From the NCBI GenBank assembly GCA_040285855.1, contig JAUFOQ010000006.1, forward strand, positions 744,001 to 808,000: DNA of 64,000 nt, given 5' to 3'. Both the position numbers and the translations under genes were made by a program. This stretch comes from Eukaryota sp. GEM-RC1 (lineage: Eukaryota). Below, piece after piece: positions 1 to 11,877 of this stretch. Each line of letters starts with the position of its first letter. The first letter of the stretch is position 1. Below the pieces are notes generated by a model. That model was not told where the DNA came from and made no database searches. It saw only the letters and a program-made list of their open reading frames with translations.

Positions 1-589
1 ATTCTTCTTGTTTAACTTGGTCATTATTTAAAATTTGACGTAACTCCGATATCGAATTGTCAAACTCTTGTTGAAACTTTGAAATCTCATTGTTAAAGAT
101 TTCCAATATGCGATCTTCATTCATGGAAGCTTGTATTGGCATGGGAGAATTTTGGGGTATTACAGACGTTTCTTCCGGCAGACCATCATTTTTGATTGAA
201 TCATCATGTAATGCTTCCTGAGAATTCTCGTGTTCAGTTTGTTCTGTGGAAGGATGATCTGATGACGTGATGGGACTATGGGAGTTGAGACTAGGTTCTG
301 GGTGAATTGATGGCGGTGAAACAGAAGTATCTTGATGTTGTTTTCGTTGGTTCAGGAGTTCTTTTCGTTTCTGCAGCAGTTTGAATCCACGGGTGCCAAA
401 GAGAGATGTGGTAGAAGAGGATGACGACGGTGGTTCGTCAAAAGAAGTAGAGGGTTTTCCTGATAATCTGGATTCTCGAAACGAAGCAAGTTTTTCTTTC
501 GGACTTTGTTTATGGAGAACGGAATATTGTTCTTTAAGCTTTTGACGAGCCTCTTCTACATCGGAGGAGACAACAGGTGGTGCATTCAT
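1..589 (-). CDS. Hypothetical Ser/Pro/Glu-rich protein, 5' part (runs off the left edge)
   Basis: Read by hand: ATG at 589 (MNAPPVVSSDVEEARQKLKEQY...), open for 196 codons to position 1. Absent from the ORF track because there is no stop in the window. Confidence 0.7.
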   Translation of the reverse strand, partial: MNAPPVVSSDVEEARQKLKEQYSVLHKQSPKEKLASFRESRLSGKPSTSFDEPPSSSSSTTSLFGTRGFKLLQKRKELLNQRKQHQDTSVSPPSIHPEPSLNSHSPITSSDHPSTEQTEHENSQEALHDDSIKNDGLPEETSVIPQNSPMPIQASMNEDRILEIFNNEISKFQQEFDNSISELRQILNNDQVKQEE

Positions 590-649
590 GATGTGATAAT
601 GGACGAAGATCTAGTCTTGAAATTTCTTGGTGAAGGTGTTTCTACACTT

Positions 650-2862
650 ATGTCTCTTCCTGAACTCCCACAAGAACTTAGCCAGTCTCTTGAACATAAT
701 GACCCTGAATGTGCAGACTCTGGTCATCTTTTTACTACTCCCTCATTCTCTCTTACTCCTGCTCAACAGAAGGTTGTAGACCATCATACTGGCCCTTGTC
801 TCTGTGTTGCAGCTGCAGGAAGTGGTAAAAGTAGCACTCTTGTGGAGAAAATAGTACATCTAATCCAAAACCAATCAGTAGATCCTTCCTCTATATGCCT
901 TCTTACTTTCACTCGTAATGCTGCTGAACATATAGTAAAGAGAACAATTAAATCTGTTGGTATTGGAGCTGAAACCATTTGCAAGGGAACCTTTCATTCT
1001 GTTGCTGCTAGATTTTTAATGAAATATTCTACTTTATTAGACATGAATTGGAATGAATGGAAGTTAGTTGATCGAAATACTAGATTTTTTAATTCAATGT
1101 TAACCAAATATTTAAATACTGTCCATTCAAAACCTTCACTTCCTCCTGGATCTGTTTTAAATGAATTGTACAGCTTTTCTTTGTATGAAGATGTTTCTGT
1201 TATTGTTAATGGAAGAACTGATTTTGAAAAGTATGCGGATATGATTGGAAATATTTTAAGTTTTTTCGAGTTTGTTGATAGCCAAAAGTTCGACAAAAAA
1301 TCTATGATTTTGATGATATTTTGACGTATTTCAAGCGGCTTATTATGTTAGAACCGGATATTGTTTCAAATATTTTCAAATATCTGTTAGTAGATGAAGT
1401 TCAAGATTGTCGATCGACAGAGCATGAAATAATTGAAATTTTTGTTGAAAATAATATCAACGTCACCATCATTGGTGATATTAACCAATCAATTTACGGT
1501 TTTAGAGGGGGACGACCTCAATTATTTGAAAATTTTCCAGCTCGTTTCCCATCTACCACAATTTTAAAATTATGTGAAAATTTTCGTTCCACCCAACAAA
1601 TCCTTGATCTAGCTAATTCTCTTGTCGAATCATCGTCTTCTGCCCTATCTGCTCCAATGATCACGTCAACAGATAAATCAGGGTCAGTACCTGAGCTCTT
1701 TATGTTTGAAAATGATTTGGCAGAGTGCAGTCAAATTGTTGCAAAAATTCAAAAATTCATTTCTGACAGTGTTCCAATGTCCGAGATTGCAGTTTTGTAT
1801 CGGACTAATAACGTACCGCTACTACTAGAGTTCCACTTAGCTCTCGGCCAGATTCCTTTTAAAAGAGGCGGAAATCGAAAAGGAGAAAGTTTTTTCAATT
1901 TTATCCATTGTATTCTACATTTGGCAAATTCTTTCGTCAGTCCGCCAGTTTTCAAACAAATGCTGGCTTTTTTTGGAGTTTCAACATCACAACGAAATTT
2001 CATTGCAAGTGGACTCGGCTCTCAAATTGATTTGGCGAAAATTAAAATTTCTAACAGTATTGATGGAACGATTCAATCTTCTATATGTAAACTTGTTTCT
2101 CTTGTTAAGAAAACTGAATCAGTTAAGGACATTTTCGCAAAGTTAGCGGAATTTGTTGTTAAAAATTGTACTGAAAATGCAAAACCAAAAATTTTAGACA
2201 AAGTTTACTCATCTTTTATAGATTTAGTACCCACTTTAACTGCTTTAACTTCTGTTTTTGACGGTCTTGTTGCTGCCGATAACAGGAATCAAGATGGTAT
2301 CATTTTGTCTACAATACATGGTGCAAAAGGTCTAGAATTTGAAAAAGTTATTGTTCAAAATGTTTCTGAGTGGTATTTTCCTCTTCAAATTCAACAATAT
2401 AAAAATCAACGCCTTTTAGAGGAACATATTCTAGAAGAACTTCGTATACTTTATGTTGGCGTGACTAGAGCAAAAACCGAGTTAATTCTAACATCAACCG
2501 CATATGATCGAACCAAAATTTCCCGCTTTTTAAACGAAGCTATTACTGAATCAAAGCTAAAAGTCAATGAAAGCCGTAAATCCAGGAATTCTTTCTTCTT
2601 CAAACAGCGAGGTCCTGCCATGCTTTCTCCCCATGCTCAATTTCTTTCAGCTCAGAATGAAGAGAAGTATCCCAGTGAAGTGGAGAAAAAGGAATATGTC
2701 AAGGAGGATGAGTCTCAGTTTAGAGTTGATAGGAAACCAGTAGTTTTTAATGCGGATGATTCAGAACATTTTGAAAGGATTATGAGAGCAAATGAACAGC
2801 ATAAGTCACTGAAGCGGAGGGTTTCGTTGCGGGACAAGATTCAGAGTAGAAAGAAAAAGTGA
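650..2862 (+). CDS. SF1A UvrD/PcrA/Srs2-type 3'-5' DNA helicase (one frameshift at about 1285-1300)
   Basis: Q motif LTPAQQKVV, Walker A AAAGSGKS, LLTFTRNAA, TFHS, LLVDEVQD, GDINQSIYGFRG, NFRSTQQI, IAVLYRTN, STIHGAKGLEF, EELRILYVGVTRAK. The conserved YDFDDIL lies in the second frame just after the A-runs in caaaagttcgacaaaaaatc. Confidence 0.92.
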
Positions 2863-3429
2863 ACATCTGGTGTTTTAGGTTTCTTTTACAAAAATAATGT
2901 CGAATTCGAATTCAACATTCGCTTAAGCAAAGGTGTTTTTATTCAAAACACCTTTTACAGTACCACTACTGGAAAAGATAGTTAGATCTGGTGTAATGGT
3001 GTTTCATTTTGATGTTTTCTGTTACTCGGATTATTGAGGACCAATTTTTCAAATCTATTGATTACATGATTGTAACATTTTTTCTTTCCCTTCATCTACA
3101 TTGCTTCCATCAATCAGATGTTGATTGATTGGTCTCAGAAACGAATGATGTGTGTTACTCTTCTAGACGTAATAAACATTCAAAAAAATGAATCACATGT
3201 CCATTGTTTGTAATTATTGTTCAACAGAATTCATCACTCAAGCAACACACCTTTTAAAAGGCTCTAACAGACATGTTCTAGTGGAGAAGTCCACGAGCAA
3301 TGTTTACAGCAAGCATATTATATAATAATTGTAACAGAACAAGATGAAACTCGAAAACAGCACCAGCACAACACAATATCAAAGCAAAACTTTATATATC
3401 ACATACAAAAACGACTTTCTTAAAAGGAA

Positions 3430-5691
3430 TTAGATACTTCCGAGAACTAATTCAATACATCGAGCTGCCTCATCACTATACTCAAAACAAGGAAGTCCCT
3501 TGTCCAACGCTGCTTGACGGAAAGGCTCGTACCTTCGACCACTATCAATACTGAGAACCATCAACTTATCAGGATAATCATTATTAATTGAAGCCAATCT
3601 GGAAAGTAACGCTCCTTCACTAAGATAATCCTCTTCAGGTAACGTTTTAAGAGCTAAAGTCTCAGGAACAGTAGAAAACAAACAAACATCGAGCTTAGGA
3701 TCAAGGTACATTCCTCTCACAACATCTTCAGTTCCCTTGTCATTCAACATTGGTGTAACATCTACTACCTCTCCAACATCAATGACCTCGGAAAGTCTAT
3801 TGTTAGCAAAGGCTGCTTCAATGGCAGTTTTGGACTCATCTGTCCAAGAGCAAAGCTTGATATTGGGTAGACTTTCAGAGAAAAGATGGTCAGCAATTGC
3901 ACACTTCTCAAACCCAGCGTTGGACAGAGCTCCGACAGAATACGAAGACTTCTTCTTGGCAATAAGCTTCTGAATCTTACCACCAATAGACCAGTAAGTT
4001 GTTAACAGAGCTACACGTTCTAATTCAGCGAGAGTTTCACAAATGATTCCTCCAGAAATTTTCACTAAATTTTTAAACATTTGATAATCCCCTGCCATGG
4101 AAGCTGTATGACCTTGTGCAGCATCCTGACCTTGTTGAGATCTGCCAGCCTTGTAGACAATGACAAACTTTCCTTTTTCCTTGGCTAATTGGATTAATTT
4201 CAATAGACGAATGCCATCGCCATCGTTAAGTCCTTCAATGTACAAAACATAAACATCAACACCTTCCTTTTCCAGCAAATACTCAAGAAAATCAACGACT
4301 GACAGATCCATTTGATTACCAACAGTGATGGCATACTTAGGGTACAACTTGTCAGTCATGTTGGACAATCTAGAAATCATTAAACCTCCAGATTGACAGA
4401 TCAAGGCAATGTTATTAGCACCTTTACCAGAAGCAGAAGTCTTTTGCTTGGGAACAAACACAGTAGAATATTCGACATCATTGTGGATTGTTGTACAACC
4501 AACAGTGTTAGGTCCATTAAGAACAGGTCTACGCTCAGGACAATCATTAAGGTCAACAATCATTTTTGATAGTCTATCACTGAGTTCCTTTCCTTTCTCA
4601 GTCTCAGCAAATCCAGCAGAAATAACAAGAATGGCATGTGCGGGATACAACTCAAGACATTGTTGAACCAACTCTCCAGCAGAAACGGCAGGTACTCCAA
4701 CAACAATCAAATCAACAGGCTTATTGTTTCTTGCCTCCATGATTGATTGTAGAGAGCCAAAAGCGGCAACTCCTTGAATCTCATTCTCCTTTGGGTGAAG
4801 GCAGTAGAGATTTTCAGATTTAACACCAGCATTCATTAGTTGTTTCAAAATGACTGAACACGGATTCAGTTTATTCTTTCCAGAAGCTCCAGCGACAATA
4901 GCTGAATTGGGGGTTAGAAGAGAAGAAATTTTGTGAAGAGGAGCGGAATTGGATTTTGCCGGCAAACTTTTCTCAACCACCATCACTCCATCCAGTGCAA
5001 TGATTTGACCATCACTGACAACTGCGGGGTTAATCTCAAGCTCTCTGATCCAGCAAGGCTTTCCAGAGTTAGGTCCATACTCATTCATGATCTTTTGAAT
5101 GACTTGCATGGTCTTGAAGATGATACCTTCTTCAAGTTGTCCATCAATACCACGAACTTGTCCATGGAGAGACTGAGAGACGGGGAGAGAGAGTAGAGAT
5201 TCTTTGAACAAGGAAATGTCCATATCTGCAGGGAAGATGAGTTGAGATTTGTTGGGCTTCATAATCTCCTTAGTATATTCAACAATTGTTCCTCCGAATC
5301 CAAAGGCAACACAGGGACCGAAAGCAGGATCGTGGTAACCAGAAATGAGAAGTTCAGAACCGAATCCAGAGGAGAACTTAACCATTTCAACAAAGAGAAC
5401 GCCATGGAAGAGGTAGTCGTTTTCAAACATGGTTTTGAGCTTAGAGAAAGTTTCTTCGCCAGATAAAGCAGTAATGTTGAAAGAAATAGCACCGATATCA
5501 GTTTTATGAACGACACCTTCGAGGACTGCTTTCGCAACCCACTTTTTGTCGCCCATTTTGTCAGCAACAAGTGAGATGTTGGAAGAGTTGATGAAGAAGT
5601 ATTGAGGTAGCTGGAAGCCGAACTCTTCTAGAACTTCATAGACTTCATGTTCAAAGAGAGTACAATCAGATGATCCGTTGAGCTTGTCCAT
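3430..5691 (-). CDS. Acetyl-CoA synthetase (ADP-forming), fused, with the ATP-grasp/beta part first and the CoA-binding/alpha part second
   Basis: N-terminal VVHKTDIGA, ELLISGYHDPAFGP and ELEINP; C-terminal AIVAGAS, ISAGFAE, GPNTVG, ICQSGG, VGNQMDL, LYIEG and the phospho-His motif GHTASMAG. Confidence 0.9.
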   Translation of the reverse strand: MDKLNGSSDCTLFEHEVYEVLEEFGFQLPQYFFINSSNISLVADKMGDKKWVAKAVLEGVVHKTDIGAISFNITALSGEETFSKLKTMFENDYLFHGVLFVEMVKFSSGFGSELLISGYHDPAFGPCVAFGFGGTIVEYTKEIMKPNKSQLIFPADMDISLFKESLLSLPVSQSLHGQVRGIDGQLEEGIIFKTMQVIQKIMNEYGPNSGKPCWIRELEINPAVVSDGQIIALDGVMVVEKSLPAKSNSAPLHKISSLLTPNSAIVAGASGKNKLNPCSVILKQLMNAGVKSENLYCLHPKENEIQGVAAFGSLQSIMEARNNKPVDLIVVGVPAVSAGELVQQCLELYPAHAILVISAGFAETEKGKELSDRLSKMIVDLNDCPERRPVLNGPNTVGCTTIHNDVEYSTVFVPKQKTSASGKGANNIALICQSGGLMISRLSNMTDKLYPKYAITVGNQMDLSVVDFLEYLLEKEGVDVYVLYIEGLNDGDGIRLLKLIQLAKEKGKFVIVYKAGRSQQGQDAAQGHTASMAGDYQMFKNLVKISGGIICETLAELERVALLTTYWSIGGKIQKLIAKKKSSYSVGALSNAGFEKCAIADHLFSESLPNIKLCSWTDESKTAIEAAFANNRLSEVIDVGEVVDVTPMLNDKGTEDVVRGMYLDPKLDVCLFSTVPETLALKTLPEEDYLSEGALLSRLASINNDYPDKLMVLSIDSGRRYEPFRQAALDKGLPCFEYSDEAARCIELVLGSI

Positions 5692-6078
5692 AGAGAGAGA
5701 AAAGTGATTCTATAGTCAACACACGTGTTAACACGGTGTCTTTTAAAATACATGTGGAAAGAACGTCTTTTATTTACTCTTACAAATACAAACTAATATC
5801 AATAATAACAAATGAGATACAAATACCTCCACATCATCTCAAATTCATGTCTCAATGCAAAGAGACGATGCAAAATCGAATCAAAATACCTAAACAGTGC
5901 TTTGAAAAAGGGAAAACGACAATCTTCATCTCCAGTAACTTTCCTTAAAACAAATTTCCATACTACTTACACAATTTGCCAAAATCTGTGAGACATTGTT
6001 GACCGAAGCAATCAAACGTTCCATAAAGAGAAATAGCAAAAGGATGGAAAAATATATCAATAAAAATTCAGTACACAT

Positions 6079-7089
6079 CAGAGGTTTGAAATAAGACATG
6101 GACCCATATCCATAATTCCCCATAATGGCCATACCATAAGTATGGAACGTCAAAATCAATTATGGCCATTATGGCCACGTATGGGGGTCCATAATTTCTA
6201 GATTTCAATTAACCAACTTAGGTGGAAACAGCAGTAGTAAATACATTTAAACAGTGGATTTTAGGGTTCTGTGTTCGGTAAAACTTATAAAATATATTCC
6301 TTGACAAAAACTGTTGATCAATTATACTAGGTTGAGTGAAAATAGTGGTTTTATAGTGGTATTATTGTTGTCAATTAATTATGTTAACACACTATCCAAC
6401 CTCCCCCAAAACAGAAGGCTCCGAATACCGAGTCTTGACCAAGTTACTGATCGTCGTCAAGTTGGGCCCCAGTAGAAGTAAGTCATGAGGTAGAAGCCAG
6501 TGATTCAGTTGCTCAAGAATATAGCAAATCCGAAGAACAAACACTACTAGTACATAGTTTTTCGAAAGTTAAACTATTTGTTACCAAAAGTATTTCCCAT
6601 AGTTTTTGCAACAATTAGTGCCACTTACACTAATTAGTAATTACTGTAAGTTGTGTAGAAGGAAATGAGAAGTCGGTGTTTCCCATTTCAACAAATGACA
6701 GTATACCCAACCCAGTCGAACGACTCTTCAGTCGTGCGCGACAGCTAATGGTTTTGCTATAGTTTTTCTCTATCTAATGCAAATCTTGAAAGGCAGCTTT
6801 TGTTTTATTGATTCACAAAGATCAGTGGGATCAGGAAACTGTTTCATTCATTTTGAGAGATGACAATGATGAAGAAGAGGTTATTATAGATTCTAGTTGG
6901 GGGTTCAGATGTGTTTATAATGTGTGATTTCTTGGTATTTTGGTATTGAAAATAAAACTGTATTGTTGTTGTTGTTAAAGGCTCCATAATGGCCATAAGT
7001 ATGGGAAGCTTAATTGATTATGGCCATTATGGCGGCAAATGATTTGGACACAATCCATAATATGTCCCATGCCATATTTCAAACCCCTG
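6079..7089 (+). mobile_element. Non-autonomous hAT-type DNA transposon
   Basis: TIR CAG(A/G)GGTTTGAAATA; perfect 8-bp TSD GTACACAT (6071-6078, 7090-7097); subterminal CCATAA/TTATGG repeats at both ends; transposase C-terminal remnant VERLFSRARQLM from 6715. Confidence 0.9.
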
Positions 7090-7125
7090 GTACACATACG
7101 ATGCTTTCATTGAGATGGATTGTCA

Positions 7126-7220
7126 TCAAATGTTGTCATTACAAATGTTGTATCACCAAATGTTGTAGTAACAAATGTTGTAAAACACATCTTGTATTAC
7201 AAGTGTTGTAATACCAAATG
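7126..7220. repeat. Degenerate 15-bp minisatellite (CAAATGTTGTA-like, about 6 copies)
   Basis: caaatgttgtcatta caaatgttgtatcac caaatgttgtagtaa caaatgttgtaaaac... seen directly. Confidence 0.75.
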
Positions 7221-7431
7221 TCTGAAGCGTGACACTTCAGGTTCCGAAGATCGATATTAGGGTCAAGTCAGAGTTGAAAGGTGTAACCCATTGGTGGGGA
7301 AAGTCAAAGATCTGGTGGGAAGGGAAATTTGTGTGAAAAGGAACTTAGACGTTTGCCCACAAATGCAGTAAAATAAAAAACGGGGTTTATGATTTAATCA
7401 GTCAGTGAAATAAATGCATTTGCAGAAATAA

Positions 7432-7860
7432 CTAACAGACACTAACTAAAGTATCTAAACTATGATCCTTCTGTCCATCACCGAACAACTTACCTAAAAT
7501 TGAATTAAAATATCTGTGCATTGAACGAAACAACGCAAACGTTAACCTACTCAACCAAAAATTTTCATTGAAAGCTTTACCATACTCAGAACACAATTTA
7601 CCAAAGGAGGTTAAAAAACCTTGTGCAGCTGGTCCAATATTACCGTATATCGACATCGCAAAAGGTTGAAACACAAAAGAATTGTACCTGTCAACATTCA
7701 ATTGGTTAATTAAGTGACAGTACTTTGTATTTTTTCCATTTTCAGCCACTTCAAGAGCAGAAAAATCATCATCAAAAATTTTGGAAATTGATCTTGAATT
7801 ACAAGGATCAACAGTCATCAAATCCATAATAATTTCCTGACAAGATAAAAAAAATTGCAC
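7432..7860 (-). mobile_element. 3' fragment of a non-LTR retrotransposon (restriction-like endonuclease region)
   Basis: MDLMTVDP...AENGKNTKY...FVFQPFAMSIYGNIGPAAQGFL...FWLSRLTFAL fits the D...K..KY...F.P.a...G pattern of CRE/R2-type RLE C-termini. No RT upstream. Confidence 0.7.
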
Positions 7861-7891
7861 ACAACTACTAAATCTCGCTCATCCCACTATC

Positions 7892-8412
7892 ATGATGAAA
7901 CATGTTCTCGCTATTGCGATGCTTATTATCCTGGCATACGCTGGCTGCCGTTGTCCCAGTACTTGTGGAACTGGATATCATGGATCCCGTGCTGATTGCT
8001 ACTGTTTTTGCCAGAGACAGGCTTACTTCCTACGAGTATCACCTAATGCCAGATGCACCCATTACGCTAAGGCGCAATTTGTCCCTGGTGGATGCTCCTT
8101 GTGCGATTCCACCATAAACAACACGGCATATGAAACTTCTACTACCGAAATCTTCGAAAAAGGCCTTTCAGATGCTTTTTTGGGGATCACAGTCAACGAC
8201 GAAATGATTTTTCCTTTACGTCAATGTAAGTGCCATGATATAGATTGCAAGGAGGTTTTTCTGGCACCCACAACCAGTGCCTTGCTTGGGCTAAAACCCA
8301 CGCTTCCAGTTTCTTAAATGGCCAATTTACGTATACCTATTTCCCTCGTACAATGTGGTCTACCGGAGGTTGCAGTGTTTGCGGGCTAACTGATCCTTGT
8401 AAGTGGTTTTAG
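7892..8412 (+). CDS. Small secreted Cys-rich protein with two homologous modules (frameshift at about 8250)
   Basis: Signal-peptide-like MMKHVLAIAMLIILAYAG; module 1 CRCPSTCGTGYHG...GGCSLC; after a -1 shift, module 2 CKCHDIDC..GFSG...GGCSVCGLTDPCKWF, stop at 8410-8412. Confidence 0.7.
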
Positions 8413-8946
8413 TTTTGTAAATTCTATAAAGTTGTAACTTTGTTGGCCTTAAGAGATGAATCAACTTCCATGTTCTGGAGGACCTGATGATTGCAAAAGG
8501 CTCGTTTTTGACATAAAAATCGAGTCAGTGTTTACAGGCACAGCTGTCGAATATAAACACAGTGCAATTTACAAATGCAAAGAATCACAAGAAAACTTTC
8601 AAGTACAGAAACAACAACGCAACTTACTGCTGACGTGGCATTGCAATTCGGATTGTTGATAGAGTTGTAAACACGTACTCAAACAGATATACATAAGAAA
8701 GGTTTATGAAATACAACTGATTTCATAAGCATTGTCTTTTCAAAAATTATATTAATAATTTTAATTCATCAGTATTTTGTTGCAACTCGGTGTCCCAGGA
8801 GAGAAACCTATATGTAGTCAACTTTATTCGGTATCCAAACAGGTAACCTTCCAACAAAAATAAATAAAATCAAACAAACAATATTAAGACTAAATTCTCG
8901 AAACGATCTCTATCCTTGAAAATAAAACCTTATCCAACGTTTACAT

Positions 8947-9279
8947 TCACTCCAAACTTGTACAATTTCTCATCTTATCGAAAGGAATTGAAAGACATAT
9001 TTTGTTGTATGGAAAACACGATCCGTTTGTCCATTCAGCCATCCTAAACTTACACTTCTTTTCTTGACACAGTTCTTCGAAATCCTTGAATAGTTGATCT
9101 CCAGCAGGACTAATAGATCCAAAAAGAGAACCAGCACAAGGTTGAAACACAAATTTGGAATGTGATTTTCGATTAAAATCTTTTATTTGACAGTCATACA
9201 TGGAGTGTTTGATCTTTTCAGCAGTTGTTACCGGATTGAAAGAAAAAAAATCTAATAACACAAGATTTGTTACAAACAT
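8947..9279 (-). mobile_element. Second degenerate 3' fragment of an RLE-type non-LTR retrotransposon
   Basis: AEKIKHSMY...KFVFQPCAGSLFGSISPAG is homologous to FVFQPFAMSIYGNIGPAA in 7432-7860. Confidence 0.62.
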
Positions 9280-9385
9280 CTGCTACACATAGATAGCTTC
9301 CCGTTTACATTCTGTTATAATTGGTATTTTAATAAATTCAACACACCACTGTAAACCACTACAATAATTACACAAATAACAACAA

Positions 9386-11217
9386 TCAATCAACGATTTC
9401 CATAATGTCAGAAGAGTCATAAATATAGAAAAAGGATAATAACCATCGTCCACGTCATCAAAGTTTGTGCTCACGTTGATATATCCAGAATTGATTTCCT
9501 TGACTGAGAAAGTATTATTCCTCGTGTCAACAGTTAATTCTAGTACATCATTAGTGTTCCACTTAGAAAATGATCCTGAGAGGTTTCCTTTGGAGTTGTT
9601 ATAGATATATTTTGAATTAGTCATGCCACCAGGATAAGTAAAAGAACGAAAGTTGTTAAGTGGAACAATTCCAATACCTAAACTAAAACCATTACTGCCC
9701 AAATGCCTAACTTTCCACTTATAAACACCTCCTTTCATCAAGGGTTTATCACCAAGAATTGAACGGTGATCATCGGATCCACTGAAGGAAATTCTCTTAC
9801 CAGAGTTCGATATAACAATATCACAATGTTTATGCTGAGGAGAAAAAGACATTGTAGCAGAAGAGTTTCTCCCACTTCTAGAATTAGGAATTGAACCAAC
9901 AGATCCATTAATTGATTTAATTCGAGGTTTGACAGACATTTTAGAGACCTTTTGAGAAATACGGTTGGAGGTTTTGGATTGAACTTGACGACTTTCAAGA
10001 AGTTGTTCCTTCAAGGACTCTATTTCTTCATGTAATTGGTTAATAGTTTGAATAAAAGACTGTGTCTCAAGTTGGGACTTGGTTTCTAAATCATTAATGA
10101 CTTTTGAATATTGTTGGGAAAGTTGAATATTCCCTTTCTTTAAGTCATCAATTTCTTTGTCCATTTGCATATTCTTAGCTAGTAGTAGTCGAATTTCATC
10201 GCTTTGAGATTGGTTTTTGACCTCAAGAGACTCATTTTGATCAGGTTGTTGGGGGTAATGAGGGAGATTTAAACAATCTAAAACTGTCAAAATTTCGGAA
10301 ATTTTAGGTCGAAGGATTGGATCCGACTGGAGACATTGATTGATAACATCACTTAAACTTGCAGGCAATGATCTATCAAAAGCTAATGGTTTGCCACCAT
10401 ACTTAGCACCCATAACAGCATATTGGTTCATTCCCTTAAACGCCTCCAAATTTTGGAACAATTCATACAGGACCACTCCAAGTGAATAGATATCACTTTG
10501 AGGAGTGATCTTGTTATCAAACTGCTCTGGAGCGGCATAACGAACAGTCATTGCTCTAGTTCTTGGTACTATTGACGTAGATTCAATGTTTCGAGATGTT
10601 CCGAAATCAGCTATTCGAATTCTATCATTTACGATCAATATATTACATGGCTTCAGATCTCCATGGACAATTGACTTACTATGGAGAAACTTCACAGCTT
10701 GACACAGTTCCTTGGCATATCTAACAGTTGTGGCGGAGAGAGAACTTGGACAGGGAATGGTGGAAGAAGCTTTTTCCATGACGATCCCAATGGAATTATT
10801 GATAAGGGTGGTGCCAAAGACACGTAGAATAGAGGGGTGTGTTAGGTTAAAGAGCAGACTCATTTCTCTCTGAAGTTGGAGTCGTCCTTTTTCCGAAAGA
10901 GAGACCATTTTGATAGCAACGGGGAAATCACACCATTCAGCAGCATACACAAAAGCAAATCCTCCTTCAGCGATCTTATCTCCTAGAACGATCTGCTCTG
11001 ATGGTATCTGAGGACATAGCTCCCCGTCACGAGAGGCCTTGATCAGTTCTTGTAATGCGAAGTTGACTTTCCTCTCTTTTGTACATTTGAGACGACAGAT
11101 TGGACAATTCCTTAGTGACGCTGAACACGTAGAACAGCAAGTGTGCCCGGAAGAACATATCAAGAGGGGAACGCGTTGAGATAGATCGAATGCCTCGAAA
11201 CAAACGAAGCAGTCCAT
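9386..11217 (-). CDS. RING finger - TKL-like protein kinase - coiled coil - SPRY-like protein
   Basis: CFVC...CSSGHTCCSTC...CPIC RING; IAEGGFAFVY, VAIK, HGDLKPCN, DFG, YAAPE; coiled coil; ILGDKPL..GVYKWKV...LGIGIV...YYPF SPRY-like domain. A -1 shift at the T-run near 9430 gives PFFYIYDSSDIMEIVD*, ending at 9386. Confidence 0.85.
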
Positions 11218-11479
11218 GTTGAGAAAATCATATCGTAATCATTGCTCTATTTCTTATTTAAAAGTCATTTTCCAACTAAAAATAACAATTGACTTACACA
11301 ATTCTCAAATAAATTACAGTTCAGTTCAAATTTTGTACCACAAAAAGAAAAAGTGAGACATTGATCCAGAATTGAACAATCTTGTCAAGTACAGGAAATG
11401 TATAATCTCTTAATAACAGCTTATACGATTATTAAAGTCCAAGAGTTCAAACTCCTTTGTCAATTTTAATTTTGCAGTT

Positions 11480-11783
11480 TACATACAGCAGATGGTAGAG
11501 ATGAAATAATTATTAAAGGATTCACAAAGATTATACCAAATCTTTAGCAGATTGAATCGAACGACAATTACGGGAATTCAACAGATTGATTCCATCCAAG
11601 GGAAACCGTTTCAAAAATTCAAACATAAAATTCTTAACACCTCTTAAATGAGGAGATTTTCTGATGCCTGTTTGTCTTCACTTGTTTTGCTCAAGGACAG
11701 GGGTTTGAAAACCGCTGTTGATGTTCTAGACGATTTTGAAGAAGATGTTGATTTTGACGATGAATATGATGGTTTTATGTAGT
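11480..11783 (+). pseudogene. Possible degenerate hAT transposase C-terminal remnant
   Basis: Stop-interrupted frame ...YQIFSRL...KILNTS*MRRFSDACLSSLVLLK plus an acidic tail loosely resembles the hAT dimerization region; weak. Confidence 0.3.
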
Positions 11784-11877
11784 AGCTTTGTTTATTGATT
11801 TTGTATTTTGGTTTTTTATCTGATTCTTCTACTAGTAGTTCTTTTAATAATATTTATTTGATTTCAGTCTTTAATGT

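Noticed and set aside
506..649. N-terminal extension of the helicase from TTG 506
   Set aside because: Overlaps the divergent minus-strand gene; ATG 650 is the more plausible start.
11698..11710. CAGGGGTTTGAAA match to the TIR of the 6079-7089 element
   Set aside because: No partner TIR, TSD or subterminal CCATAA repeats found nearby.
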